64,000 nt of DNA from an uncultured Alphaproteobacteria bacterium (GTDB taxonomy: Bacteria; Pseudomonadota; Alphaproteobacteria; Rhizobiales; Xanthobacteraceae): contig CAWKOD010000040.1 in assembly GCA_963850885.1 (NCBI GenBank), positions 9,962 to 73,961 of the forward strand, read 5' to 3'. The notes under the pieces are model-generated. The model saw nothing but the letters and a program-made list of their open reading frames with translations, did not search any database and was not told the DNA's origin. Below are positions 23,321 to 32,996 of this stretch, one piece after another. A program made the translations under genes and the position numbers. Within the stretch, counting starts at the first letter, position 1. The number at the start of each line of letters is the position of its first letter.

Positions 23321-24181
23321 ATGAAGCCTGCCCCGTTCCAGTACCACGCCCCCAAGACCATCGCGGAAACGCTGGACCTGCTCGGGCGATACGCCAGCGA
23401 CGACGGCCGCGTGCTGGCCGGCGGGCAGAGCCTCGTTCCGACCATGGCGTTCCGGCTGGCGCGCCCGAAGCATCTCATTGACATCAACGGCGTGACCGGG
23501 CTCGACCGCATCACGGTGGAGAACGGCAGGCTCTGTATCGGCGCCGCCGTCCGCCACGCCGCATTCGAGAGGCCGGTCGATGACGGTCCGCTCGGCCGCC
23601 TGCTCGCGTCCGTCGTCCGTCACATCGCGCATCGTCCGATCCGCGCCCGCGGCACCTTTTGCGGAAGCATCGCCCACGCCGATCCGGCCTCCGAGTGGTG
23701 CGCGGTCGCCGCGGTGCTCAACGCCGAGATGGTGGCCGAGAGCAAGGTCAGCGGCACGCGCGTCATCCCGGCCCGCGAGTTCTTCGAAGGCATCATGACG
23801 ACCGCGTTGCGCGAGAACGAGCTGCTTCGCGAGGTGCGGCTGCCGATCCTGCCGAAGGGCACCTATGCGGGCTTCGCCGAATACAGCCGGCGCGCCGGCG
23901 ACTATGCCATCGCCATGGCGGTTGCCACCTACCGGCTGAAGAACGGCATCATGAGCGATATGCACGTCGCCGTCGGTGGCGCGGAGGCCCGGCCGCGGCG
24001 TATCCCCGAGGCCGAGCGCGTGCTGATCGGCAGGCCGCCGAACCTCGGCACCTTCCAGGCCGCGGCGCACGAGGCCCGCAAGGCCATCGATCCGCTCGAC
24101 GATCCCAGCATCAGCGCCGAATACCGCCGAGGCGTGGTGCGCGCCATGGTCACCCGCGCGCTGGAGAATGCCGTCACATGA
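23321..24181 (+). CDS. Mo-hydroxylase FAD-binding medium subunit (CoxM-like, M1)
   Basis: MKPAPFQY, LAGGQSLVP, RARGTFCGSIAHADPASE, RRAGDYA. Confidence 0.92.
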   Translation: MKPAPFQYHAPKTIAETLDLLGRYASDDGRVLAGGQSLVPTMAFRLARPKHLIDINGVTGLDRITVENGRLCIGAAVRHAAFERPVDDGPLGRLLASVVRHIAHRPIRARGTFCGSIAHADPASEWCAVAAVLNAEMVAESKVSGTRVIPAREFFEGIMTTALRENELLREVRLPILPKGTYAGFAEYSRRAGDYAIAMAVATYRLKNGIMSDMHVAVGGAEARPRRIPEAERVLIGRPPNLGTFQAAAHEARKAIDPLDDPSISAEYRRGVVRAMVTRALENAVT

Positions 24182-26496
24182 ACGACACAACCGGCGCAAC
24201 GAAATGGATCGGCCAGTCGGTCGAGCGGCTGGAGGACCCGCCGCTGGTCACCGGCCGCGGCCGCTTCGCCGGCGACATCAACTTCGCGCGCCAGCTTCAC
24301 ATGCGGATCGTGCGCTCGAACCACGCCCACGCCAATATCGTCTCGATCGACACCGAGGCTGCGCGGGAACTTCCTGGCGTCGTCGCGGTATGGACCGCGG
24401 CCGACATCACCGATGTGCCGCCGATCGATTTCCGCGAGGGGCCGATCGAAAAGCTCGCGCCGTATCGCCAGCCGGTGCTGGCGGTCGACACGGTGCGCTA
24501 TGTCGGCGAGCCGGTTGCGGTGGTGTTTGCCGAAGACCCTTATGTCGCCGAGGACGCCGCCGATCTCGTCACCATGGAGGTCGAGGAATTGCCGCCGTTG
24601 CTCGACGCCCGTGACGACCCCGGCGAGTTCTCGTTCGGCCGCGACACCGAAGCCGACATTCTGACGCAGGGCTACGGCGACGTCGAAGCGGTGTTCAAGT
24701 CCGCCGCGCATATCGTCGAATTGAAGCTCACCAGCGGCCGGCACTCCGGCGTGCCGCTGGAATGCCGCGGCGCGCTCGGCCGCTACGATGCCTCGCGCGA
24801 TGTGCTGGAGCTGCACGGCGCGGCCAAGGTGCCGCACCGGAACAAGGAGTTGATCGCGCGGATGCTCAACCGCGCGCCGGCCTCGGTGCAGTGCCTGGAA
24901 TCTCATGTCGGCGGCGGCTTCGGCATCCGCGGCGAGCTTTATCCCGAGGATATTCTGGTCTGCGTCGGCGCCATGCGCTTCGAGCGCCCGGTGAAATGGA
25001 TCGAGGATCGCCGCGAGCATCTGATCGCCGCGAACCATTCGCGGAACCAGCATCACCACATCAAGGCGGCCTGCACCGACGAGGGCGAGATCCTCGCCAT
25101 CGACGACGTGATCCATCACGACAACGGCGCCTACGTCCGCACCCATGCCACCCGCGTCGCCATGATGACCTGCGGCGTGTTGCCGGGGCCGTACCGCGTG
25201 CCGGGCGCCTATCGCGCGGTCTGCCACTTCCGCCTCACCAACAAGACGCCGGCCGCGACCTATCGCGCGCCAGGGCGGTTCGAGACCACGTTCGTGCGCG
25301 AGCGGCTGGTCGATGCCATCGCCCATCAACTGAAGCTCGATCCGATCCATGTACGCCGGCTCAACGCCGTGCGGGTCGACGAGATGCCGTTCAAACGGCC
25401 GCTTGAGGCGCTCGGCGAGGAAATCCACTTCGATTCCGGCGACTACCACGCGCTGCTCGACATCACGCTGAATCATGTCGAATGGGCCAAACTCAACCGC
25501 GAGCTCGCGGCGCGCCGCGAGAACGGCGAGATGGTCGGCGTTGGCCTCGCGATGTTCGTGGAGAAGGCCGGCCTCGGTCCCGCCGACGGGGTGCGCATTC
25601 AGGTCGATACCTCCGGCGAAATCGAGGTCATCACCGGCGGCGCTTCGATCGGGCAGGGTTTTGAGACCGTGATGGCCCAGGTCGCCGCCGAAATGCTCGG
25701 CGCCGACATGAAGAAGATGCGCGTCATTCACGGCCAGACCGACCGCATCGAGCATGGCATCGGCGCGCACGCCTCGCGCGCCACGGTGATGACGGCGTCG
25801 GCGACGCGGGTCGCGGCGCTCAAGGTCCGCGAGAAAGCGCTGAACATCGCATCCGAGCTGATGCAGGCGCCGGTCGAGACACTCGACATTGTTCATGGCG
25901 AGGTCGTTGTTAAGGACCGGGTCGGCGGCCCCTCGATGTCGCTCGGCGAGATCGCCGCGGCGCTCGGACCCAGTTCCAAAACCCGCGGCGACCGCGAGCC
26001 GGGGCTTTCCGCCGAAGGCTGGTTCTACGCCGATCACCAAGTTTACCCTTACGGCAATCATCTCGCCGTGGTGAAGGTCGATCCGGACACCGGCGGCGTG
26101 AAGGTGCTGCGCTACGTCGTCGGCTACGACATCGGCCGTGCCATCAACCCGACATTGGTCAAGGGCCAGATCGCCGGCGGTTTCGCGCAGGGCCTCGGCG
26201 GCGCGCTGATGGAGGAGTTCACCTACAACGAGCGCGGCGACCCGCTCGCCGTCACCTTCGCGGATTATCTGATGCCGACCGTGCGCGAGACGCCGGACCT
26301 GGAGATCATCCTCCGCGAGGATTATCCGACGCCGCTCAATCCGCTCGGCATCAAGGGCGCGGGCGAAAGCGGCGTCAACGCGGTCGGCGCCGCCATCGCC
26401 TCCGCGATCGACGACGCCATCGGCATTCCCGGCGCCATCACCGTGCTGCCGGTGACGCCGCAGCGGCTGAAAGCCATCATCGACGGCAAGCGATAA
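24178..26496 (+). CDS. Mo-binding large subunit (CoxL-like, L2)
   Basis: Start ATG 24178 overlaps M1 stop (ATGA); [38 protein letters not shown]. Confidence 0.92.
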   Translation: MNDTTGATKWIGQSVERLEDPPLVTGRGRFAGDINFARQLHMRIVRSNHAHANIVSIDTEAARELPGVVAVWTAADITDVPPIDFREGPIEKLAPYRQPVLAVDTVRYVGEPVAVVFAEDPYVAEDAADLVTMEVEELPPLLDARDDPGEFSFGRDTEADILTQGYGDVEAVFKSAAHIVELKLTSGRHSGVPLECRGALGRYDASRDVLELHGAAKVPHRNKELIARMLNRAPASVQCLESHVGGGFGIRGELYPEDILVCVGAMRFERPVKWIEDRREHLIAANHSRNQHHHIKAACTDEGEILAIDDVIHHDNGAYVRTHATRVAMMTCGVLPGPYRVPGAYRAVCHFRLTNKTPAATYRAPGRFETTFVRERLVDAIAHQLKLDPIHVRRLNAVRVDEMPFKRPLEALGEEIHFDSGDYHALLDITLNHVEWAKLNRELAARRENGEMVGVGLAMFVEKAGLGPADGVRIQVDTSGEIEVITGGASIGQGFETVMAQVAAEMLGADMKKMRVIHGQTDRIEHGIGAHASRATVMTASATRVAALKVREKALNIASELMQAPVETLDIVHGEVVVKDRVGGPSMSLGEIAAALGPSSKTRGDREPGLSAEGWFYADHQVYPYGNHLAVVKVDPDTGGVKVLRYVVGYDIGRAINPTLVKGQIAGGFAQGLGGALMEEFTYNERGDPLAVTFADYLMPTVRETPDLEIILREDYPTPLNPLGIKGAGESGVNAVGAAIASAIDDAIGIPGAITVLPVTPQRLKAIIDGKR

Positions 26497-26506
26497 CGCC
26501 GAGCGC

Positions 26507-26951
26507 TTACGGTCCCTTCACGCAATAGCCGTAGCCGGCCGCATTCGCAGGGAACCGCGCACTCCGCCGCGGTGGCGCTGGTGTATTTGCAGTGCGATGC
26601 GGCGCTGCCGGCTTCCGGAGCGACGTGAGCCGATACCAGAACTTCACCCGAGTTGCATTGCACCGAGCAGCTCGGTCCGGTGCAGGTGACGACCCGGCCC
26701 GCGGCAGCGCCCGGAGCACCGGCTGGGCCCGGCGTTCCCGGAAGGCCGGCGGGTCCCGGATCGCCCTTCGCGCCGACCTCACCCTTCGGACCTGGTGGGC
26801 CCCGTTCGCCAGGATCGCCCTTGTCGCCTTTCGGTCCTGCCGGTCCGACTGCGCCGGCGGCGCCTTGTGGTCCAGGCGGCCCCTGAGGCCCTTCGAAGCA
26901 GCCGCCGAGCGTGACAGAAGCGAACAGCAGAATCACGATGGAGCTGCGCAT
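26507..26951 (-). CDS. Collagen-like lipoprotein with Cys-rich C-terminal domain (frameshift near 26550)
   Basis: Lipobox LGGC, 21 consecutive Gly-X-Y triplets, then [24 protein letters not shown]..; corrected end YGYCVKGP. Confidence 0.8.
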
Positions 26952-27088
26952 GGGACCCCCCTGAAAAGTGAGAGACGTGCCGTCCGAGTGAGGCTATCGC
27001 CGCAAGAGCCGGCTGGCGACCGCCAAATTATCGCTTTCCCATATTCGTCTCGACTATAATGCGCCACCAGCGAGGAGCGGGAACTGTC

Positions 27089-28558
27089 ATGAACGAGAAC
27101 GTCGATCCGCGAGCGGCAACCCGCGCCTCCAACGCGCCGAAGCAGGATCTGCGTGCCTGGCTCGCGCAGATGGAGGCAGCTGGCGAAGTCACGCACATCA
27201 GCGGCGCCGAGCGCGAGCGCGAGATCGGCGGCATCGTCGACATCTACCAGCGCAAGATCGGCAATCCGCTGGTGCTGTTCGACGACATCCCGGGATATCC
27301 GAAGGGCCATCGGGTCCTGGCGAACCTTCTCACCTCGATCCGCCGCATCAACATGACGATGGGCAATCCCGCCGACGGCACCGAGATCGAGCTGGTGCGG
27401 CATTGGCGGAAGTACATGAAAGAGGCCAAGACCATCCCGCCGGTGACGGTGGCGAGTGGGGCGCTCCTGGAGAACGTCAAGACCGGCGACGATATCGACC
27501 TGTTCAAGATTCCGGTGCCGCGCTGGCACGAGCACGACGGCGGCTACTACATCGGCACCGGCGACATGGTGATCATGCGCGATCCCGACACCGGCTGGAT
27601 CAACTACGGCGCCTATCGCGTGCAGGCCCACGGCAAGAATCTCGCCACCGTGATGTGCTCCAAGGGCAAGCACGGCGACATGATCCAGAAAAAATATCAT
27701 GAACGCGGCCAGCCGTGCCCGGTCGCGGTGGTGTGCGGCATGCACCCGGCGCTGTTCATGATCGCAGGCCTGGAAATTCCCCACGGCAAGAACGAGTACG
27801 ACGCGGCCGGCGGATTGTTGGGCGAGCCCGTGCAGGTGATCCTTGGGCCCAAGACCGGCCTGCCGATCCCGGCGCATGCCGAGATCGCTTTCGAAGGCTT
27901 CATCCATCCGAACGACAAGATCGACGAAGGCCCGCTCGGCGAGTGGACCGGCTATTACGCCGGCGGCCTCAAGAAGGAGCCGGCGATCCGCATCGAAACC
28001 ATGATGTATCGCGACGATCCGATTTTGCTCGGCGCGATTCCCGGCATCCCGCCGGACGACGATTCGTTCTATCGCGGCTCGTATCGTTCCGGCGCGGTGT
28101 GGAACCAGCTCGAAGCCGCCGGCGTGCCCGAGGTCAAAGGCGTGTGGTCGCACGCCGCGGGCGGCAGCCGGCTGTGGCTCACCGTCGCGATCAAGCAGCA
28201 GTACGCCGGCCATTCCAAGCAGGCCGGCCTCATTGCCTCGCAATGCCACGCCGGCGCCTACGTCAACCGCTTCGTCGTGGTGGTCGACGACGACATCGAT
28301 CCCGCCGACATGGACAAGGTGATCTGGGCGATGTGCACGCGCTGCGATCCGCGCGAGGGCATGGAGATATTGCGCGGCTGCTGGTCGTCGGCGCTCGACC
28401 CGATGGCCTATGGCGAAAAAGATCCGCGCAACGCCCGCGTCGTCATCGATGCCTGCAAGCCGTTCGGCCGGCGCGATACGTTCCCGATCGTGGTGCGCTC
28501 CAGCCAGGAGGTCGAGGATCTGGTGCGCAGCAAGTTCGGCGACAAGCTGCCGAAGTGA
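27089..28558 (+). CDS. UbiD family prFMN-dependent (de)carboxylase
   Basis: DLRAWL, PVPRWHEHDGGYYIGT, NYGAYR, EGPLGEWTGYY, VVVDDDID, WAMCTR; GAGGAG upstream of ATG 27089. Confidence 0.92.
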   Translation: MNENVDPRAATRASNAPKQDLRAWLAQMEAAGEVTHISGAEREREIGGIVDIYQRKIGNPLVLFDDIPGYPKGHRVLANLLTSIRRINMTMGNPADGTEIELVRHWRKYMKEAKTIPPVTVASGALLENVKTGDDIDLFKIPVPRWHEHDGGYYIGTGDMVIMRDPDTGWINYGAYRVQAHGKNLATVMCSKGKHGDMIQKKYHERGQPCPVAVVCGMHPALFMIAGLEIPHGKNEYDAAGGLLGEPVQVILGPKTGLPIPAHAEIAFEGFIHPNDKIDEGPLGEWTGYYAGGLKKEPAIRIETMMYRDDPILLGAIPGIPPDDDSFYRGSYRSGAVWNQLEAAGVPEVKGVWSHAAGGSRLWLTVAIKQQYAGHSKQAGLIASQCHAGAYVNRFVVVVDDDIDPADMDKVIWAMCTRCDPREGMEILRGCWSSALDPMAYGEKDPRNARVVIDACKPFGRRDTFPIVVRSSQEVEDLVRSKFGDKLPK

Positions 28559-28565
28559 TGAAGCG

Positions 28566-29057
28566 ATGACCGACAAAGTCGATCTCAAGCTGCGCATCAA
28601 CGGCCGCGACCACGCCGTCCGCGTCGAGCCGCGCAAGACCCTGGTCGACGCCATCCGCGAGGACTGCGGCCTCACCGGCACGCATATCGGCTGCGAACAC
28701 GGCGTCTGCGGCGCCTGCACGGTGATCGTCGGTGGCGAAGCGGTGCGATCCTGCCTGATGTTCGCGGTGCAGGCGCAAGGCAAGCCGATCCGCACCGTCG
28801 AGGGGCTGGCGAAGGGCAACGCGCTGCATCCGCTGCAAAGCGCCTTCATCGCGCATCACGGCCTGCAATGCGGCTTCTGTACGCCGGGCTTCCTGATGCT
28901 CGCGGCCAACACGCTGGAGCGCGATCCGGACATCGGCGACGAGGATCTGCTCGACGTGCTGTCGTCGAACCTCTGCCGCTGCACCGGCTATCAGAACATC
29001 ATCAAGGCGGTCCGTGCCGCGCAGGAAGAGATGCGGCCTGCCGAGGCGAAGACTTGA
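28566..29057 (+). CDS. 2Fe-2S small subunit (CoxS-like, S1)
   Basis: GCEHGVCGACT, SCL, QCGFCTPG, NLCRCTGY. Confidence 0.93.
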   Translation: MTDKVDLKLRINGRDHAVRVEPRKTLVDAIREDCGLTGTHIGCEHGVCGACTVIVGGEAVRSCLMFAVQAQGKPIRTVEGLAKGNALHPLQSAFIAHHGLQCGFCTPGFLMLAANTLERDPDIGDEDLLDVLSSNLCRCTGYQNIIKAVRAAQEEMRPAEAKT

Positions 29058-29063
29058 CCGCCG

Positions 29064-30101
29064 TTACTGCCCGCCGATCGCGCGCCGCGTCTCCTCCACC
29101 ACGTCCTTCGGCGTGGCGTAAAGCTCCGCGATCAACGCATCGAGCGCCGCTCCGCTCACCGGATTGACCTCCTGGCCGCGCGCCTTCATCTCGGCCAGCA
29201 GTTCCGGGTCGGCCCAGGAATCGTCAAACGCCTTCCGCAGCGCCGCCTTGCGGTCGTCCGGGATGCCGGGCGGCGCCGCATAAGGCCGCGCCATCTCCTG
29301 CCGGCTCAGGATCAGTTTGAGCATCTGCCGCTGCTTGTCGTTCTTGGCGAATTCGGTGACCAGCGGCACGTCCTGCAGGTCCGCGCCGCGGGTCAGGTTG
29401 AGCTGCACCGGGAAATTGACCTTCTTCTCCGCGATCCAGTTCGGCTTGAGCGTCTTCAGGCTCGTCCATGACCAGCTCGCACGGGAGTCAACCTCGCCGC
29501 GTTCGAGCGCAATGGCGATCTCGGCGGTGCCGGGATAGCCGCTGATCAGCTTGAGCTTGGCGCCGAACGCATTCTTCAACAGCAGCGCGTAGACGTCGGG
29601 ATCCGAGCCCGAGCCTTCGCCGCCGACGGTGAAATCCTTGGTGAGGAGATCGTTCCAGGTCTTCACCGGCGAGGTGTGCCAGGTGACGAAGACGCTGGTC
29701 TCGTTGGTGCCGCTGCCGAGCCAGGTGAGCTTCGTCGAGTCGAACGCCACGTTGGCGCCGCCGATCAGCGGCTCCATCGCCATGCCGCGGCTGAAGATGC
29801 CGATCGTCGAGCCGTCCTTGGGCGCGACGTTGTAGAGATAATTGGCCAGCTTGAGCGAGCCCGCGCCCGGCATGTTCTGCACCACGACGGTGGGGTTGCC
29901 GGGGATATGCTTGCCGAGGTGCCGTGCCAGGATGCGGGTATAGGTGTCGTAGCCGCCGCCGGCGCTGTAGCCGACGATGACGGTCACGTTGCGGCCGCGA
30001 TAGAAGTCGGCGACGGAGCCTTGCGCCCGCGCCGGTTTTGGCAGGGCCAAGAGGCCAACGAACAGCAGGGAAAAAAGGCCGACAATGATCGAGCGACGCA
30101 T
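29064..30101 (-). CDS. Bug/TctC-like receptor, GGGYD subtype
   Basis: MRRSIIV signal peptide; FYRGRNVTVIVGYSAGGGYD, QNMPGAGS, GYPGT, ERGEVD. Confidence 0.85.
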   Translation of the reverse strand: MRRSIIVGLFSLLFVGLLALPKPARAQGSVADFYRGRNVTVIVGYSAGGGYDTYTRILARHLGKHIPGNPTVVVQNMPGAGSLKLANYLYNVAPKDGSTIGIFSRGMAMEPLIGGANVAFDSTKLTWLGSGTNETSVFVTWHTSPVKTWNDLLTKDFTVGGEGSGSDPDVYALLLKNAFGAKLKLISGYPGTAEIAIALERGEVDSRASWSWTSLKTLKPNWIAEKKVNFPVQLNLTRGADLQDVPLVTEFAKNDKQRQMLKLILSRQEMARPYAAPPGIPDDRKAALRKAFDDSWADPELLAEMKARGQEVNPVSGAALDALIAELYATPKDVVEETRRAIGGQ

Positions 30102-30164
30102 CAACGGTTGCTCCAGGTCGCGGCGGGTCCCTATACTCGCGGCTGCCTTTGCACCGGGACCACG

Positions 30165-31022
30165 ATGAAGCCGCCACCCTTTCAATACCACGATCCGAAA
30201 ACGCTTGCCGAGGCCGTGGGCCTGTTGGGCAAGCTCGACAACGCCAAGCTCCTGGCCGGCGGCCAGTCGCTGATGCCGATGCTCAACATGCGCTTCGTGC
30301 AGCCCGACCACATCATCGACATCAACCTGGTCGAGGGCATGTCCGGCATCAAGGAGAGCGGCGGGGCGCTCGAGATCGGCGCCATGACGCGCCAGCGCGA
30401 TCTCGAATTCTCCGACCTCATCAAGGCGAAATGCCCGCTGCTGCATCAGGCCATCATGCACATCGGCCATCGGCAGACGCGCAACCGCGGCACCATCGGC
30501 GGTTCGCTCTGCCATCTCGATCCGGCGGCCGAGCTGGTTTCGGTCTGCGCCGCGCATGATGCGACCGTGACGGTGGCGGGGCCGAACGGCACGCGCGAGA
30601 TCGCGTTTGCGGATTTTCCCGCCGGCTATCTGACGCCGGCGATCGAACTGAACGAGATCGTGACCACAATTCGCATCCCGCTCTGGCCCGCCGGCCATAA
30701 GGCGGCGTTCATCGAGTTCTCCCGCCGCCACGGCGATTTCGCGATCGTGTCGGCGGCGGCGCTGTTGCAGATCGACAACGGCAAGATCAGCCGCGCCTCG
30801 GTTACAGTCGGCGGCGTCGCGGTGGCGCCGGTGCGCGCCAGCGACGTCGAGAACGCCATCACCGGCCAGGCACCGTCGAGCGAGTTGTTCGCCAAGGCCT
30901 GCGAAACCTGCCGTTCGATCGACGCGATGGCCGACATCCACGCCTCGGCCGATTACCGGCAGCACCTTGCCGCCGTGCTGTCGCGCCGCGCGCTTGGAGA
31001 AGGCTGCGGGCCTCGCCGATAA
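30165..31022 (+). CDS. Mo-hydroxylase FAD-binding subunit (CoxM-like, M2)
   Basis: MKPPPFQY, LAGGQSLMP, RNRGTIGGSLCHLDPAAE, RRHGDFA. Confidence 0.92.
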   Translation: MKPPPFQYHDPKTLAEAVGLLGKLDNAKLLAGGQSLMPMLNMRFVQPDHIIDINLVEGMSGIKESGGALEIGAMTRQRDLEFSDLIKAKCPLLHQAIMHIGHRQTRNRGTIGGSLCHLDPAAELVSVCAAHDATVTVAGPNGTREIAFADFPAGYLTPAIELNEIVTTIRIPLWPAGHKAAFIEFSRRHGDFAIVSAAALLQIDNGKISRASVTVGGVAVAPVRASDVENAITGQAPSSELFAKACETCRSIDAMADIHASADYRQHLAAVLSRRALGEGCGPRR

Positions 31023-31062
31023 CGCGCCGTGGAATCGCGTGCATTAGGATGTGATTGGAAGC

Positions 31063-31551
31063 ATGACCGACAAGCGCACCATCACCGTCAGCGTCAACGG
31101 CACCAAGCACACCAAAGAGGTGCCGGTCCGCATCACGCTCGCCGATTTCATCCGCTATGAATTGGGCCTGACCGGCACGCATCTCGGCTGCGAGCACGGT
31201 GTCTGCGGCGCCTGCACCATCCTGCTCGACGGCCGTTCGGCGCGCTCCTGTCTGATGCTGGCGGTGCAGGCCGACGGCCACGAGGTGCTCACCGTCGAGG
31301 GCATCGCGCCGTCGCCCGACAAGCTGCATCCGCTCCAGGAGGCCTTCCGCGACAACCACGGCTTGCAATGCGGCTTCTGTACGCCAGGGATGCTGACGAC
31401 ATTGCTGGAATTTCTGCGCGATAATCCGGACCCGACCGAGCACGAGGTGCGGGTCGCGATCTCCGGGAACCTCTGTCGTTGCACCGGCTATCAGGGCATC
31501 GTGCTGGCCGCGCTTGACGCCGCCAAGCGCATGAAGGCGGCGCGAGTCTGA
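31063..31551 (+). CDS. 2Fe-2S small subunit (CoxS-like, S2)
   Basis: GCEHGVCGACT, QCGFCTPG, NLCRCTGY. Confidence 0.93.
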   Translation: MTDKRTITVSVNGTKHTKEVPVRITLADFIRYELGLTGTHLGCEHGVCGACTILLDGRSARSCLMLAVQADGHEVLTVEGIAPSPDKLHPLQEAFRDNHGLQCGFCTPGMLTTLLEFLRDNPDPTEHEVRVAISGNLCRCTGYQGIVLAALDAAKRMKAARV

Positions 31552-31604
31552 TCGCGGCATCTGTCTCGTTTTGACCTGCATTCGCGTTGCTGCGCTGATA
31601 AATA

Positions 31605-31616
31605 TGCTGCGTTGCA
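31605..31616 (-). promoter_or_regulatory. Possible PhaR-type operator
   Basis: Minus strand TGCAACGCAGCA matches the TGCRNYGCASMA consensus I recall for bradyrhizobial PhaR; intergenic. Short motif, may be chance. Confidence 0.35.
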
Positions 31617-31697
31617 ACCATATGCGCGCCAATTCAAGGCATGCGCTCGTCGTGCGATGTGCTAGAATTCAGAAAAATTATGACTGCGGGGATGGCA

Positions 31698-32168
31698 ATG
31701 GAGAGACGCGAGTTTATCGCGCTCATCGGTATGGCGGCGGCAGCAATGCCGTCGCGCGCGAGCGCTGAACCAACACGTCCGCCGGATTCGATTTCCGGAC
31801 GGCTGGTTGGCACCTGGAGCTTTGCCTCCTCGGTCAACACACGCAAGGACGGCAGCACGTTCGATCGCTGGGGCGCCGATCCCAAAGGGATCTTCATGTT
31901 CGACCGCGGCGGCAATTACGCGCAGATCATCGTCGGGTCGGAGTCGAAGGTGTTCGGCGCCAAGACTTTCTGCGCGTTCGGTACCTATTCGGTCGAAGAC
32001 GCGAAGAAGCTGCTCGTCACGCGCATCGTATCGTGTTCGGCGCCGAAGCTTGCCGGCACCACTCAGAACCGCGACATCATGCTGCTGACGGCGGATGAGT
32101 TCAAATATTCGAATCCGCTGACGTCGCTCGGAGCGATCGCCGAGGTTCTCTGGAAGCGGCTCACTTAG
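31698..32168 (+). CDS. Lipocalin-like domain protein with twin-arginine signal
   Basis: MERREFIAL (Tat-like); LVGTWSF..DG..WGADPKG..G, AFGTY, LWKR typical of Lipocalin_5-like proteins. Confidence 0.7.
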   Translation: MERREFIALIGMAAAAMPSRASAEPTRPPDSISGRLVGTWSFASSVNTRKDGSTFDRWGADPKGIFMFDRGGNYAQIIVGSESKVFGAKTFCAFGTYSVEDAKKLLVTRIVSCSAPKLAGTTQNRDIMLLTADEFKYSNPLTSLGAIAEVLWKRLT

Positions 32169-32180
32169 GTCGGTCGCGCA

Positions 32181-32996
32181 TCAGATGATGGCGTGCCGCA
32201 CCTTGGCGGACACCCACTCGCTCACCACCACGGTCGCGATGATGATCAGCAGGATCAGCGACACCTGCGTCCATGCCAGCGTGGTGATCGCGGCGTTGAG
32301 CGGCAGGCCGATGCCGCCGGCGCCGACGAGGCCCAGCACCGTCGACTCGCGAATGTTGATGTCCCAGCGGAACACCGAGATGCCGGCAAAGGCCGGCAGC
32401 ACCTGCGGCACGATACCGTAGGCCGTCACCTGCGCGCCGCTCGCGCCGGTCGCGCGCACCGCCTCGACCTGGCTCTCGTCGATCTCCTCGATCGCCTCGT
32501 ACAGGAGCTTGGCGCAGAAGCCGATGGAGCGCAGCGCAATCGACAGGATGCCGGCCAGCACGCCAGGCCCGATAATGGTGACGAGCATCAGCGCCCAGAT
32601 CAGCGAGTTGATCGAGCGCGACGACACGATGACGAACAGCGCCAGCGGCCGCACGAAGGCGACGCTCGGCGTGGTGTTGCGCGCCGCGCAATAAGCCACC
32701 GGCACCGCGAGAATGATCGCGATGACAGTGCCCATCGTGGCGATGTTGAGCGTATCCCAGATCGGCCGCCACAGGCCGTGAATGGAGTTCCAGTCCGGCG
32801 GCACCATGCGCGCGCCGAGGTCGGCCGCCTGCGTCGGCGCATCGAGCACGAACGCCCAGATCGTCTTGTCGGAAATCAGATTCCAGCAATAGATGAAGAT
32901 GGCGGCGCCGACGAGGTATACGCCCCAGGTCGCGAACTGCGCCTTGCGGTCGCGGCGCTGCCAGATTTTGGTGCCGTTGCGGATCGCGACCGCCAT
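32181..32996 (-). CDS. phnE: Phosphonate/phosphite ABC permease
   Basis: RSINSLIWAL, KLLYEAIEE, RWDINIRESTVLGLVGAGGIG. Confidence 0.9.
   Translation of the reverse strand: MAVAIRNGTKIWQRRDRKAQFATWGVYLVGAAIFIYCWNLISDKTIWAFVLDAPTQAADLGARMVPPDWNSIHGLWRPIWDTLNIATMGTVIAIILAVPVAYCAARNTTPSVAFVRPLALFVIVSSRSINSLIWALMLVTIIGPGVLAGILSIALRSIGFCAKLLYEAIEEIDESQVEAVRATGASGAQVTAYGIVPQVLPAFAGISVFRWDINIRESTVLGLVGAGGIGLPLNAAITTLAWTQVSLILLIIIATVVVSEWVSAKVRHAII

Noticed and set aside
26700-26890. DNA tandem repeat or CRISPR-like array
   Set aside because: The 9-bp periodicity comes from Gly-X-Y codons; there are no identical repeats with spacers and no cas genes.
20849-31551. Aerobic CO dehydrogenase (cox) cluster
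   Set aside because: No large subunit has AYxCSFR, and no coxDEFG accessory genes are present.
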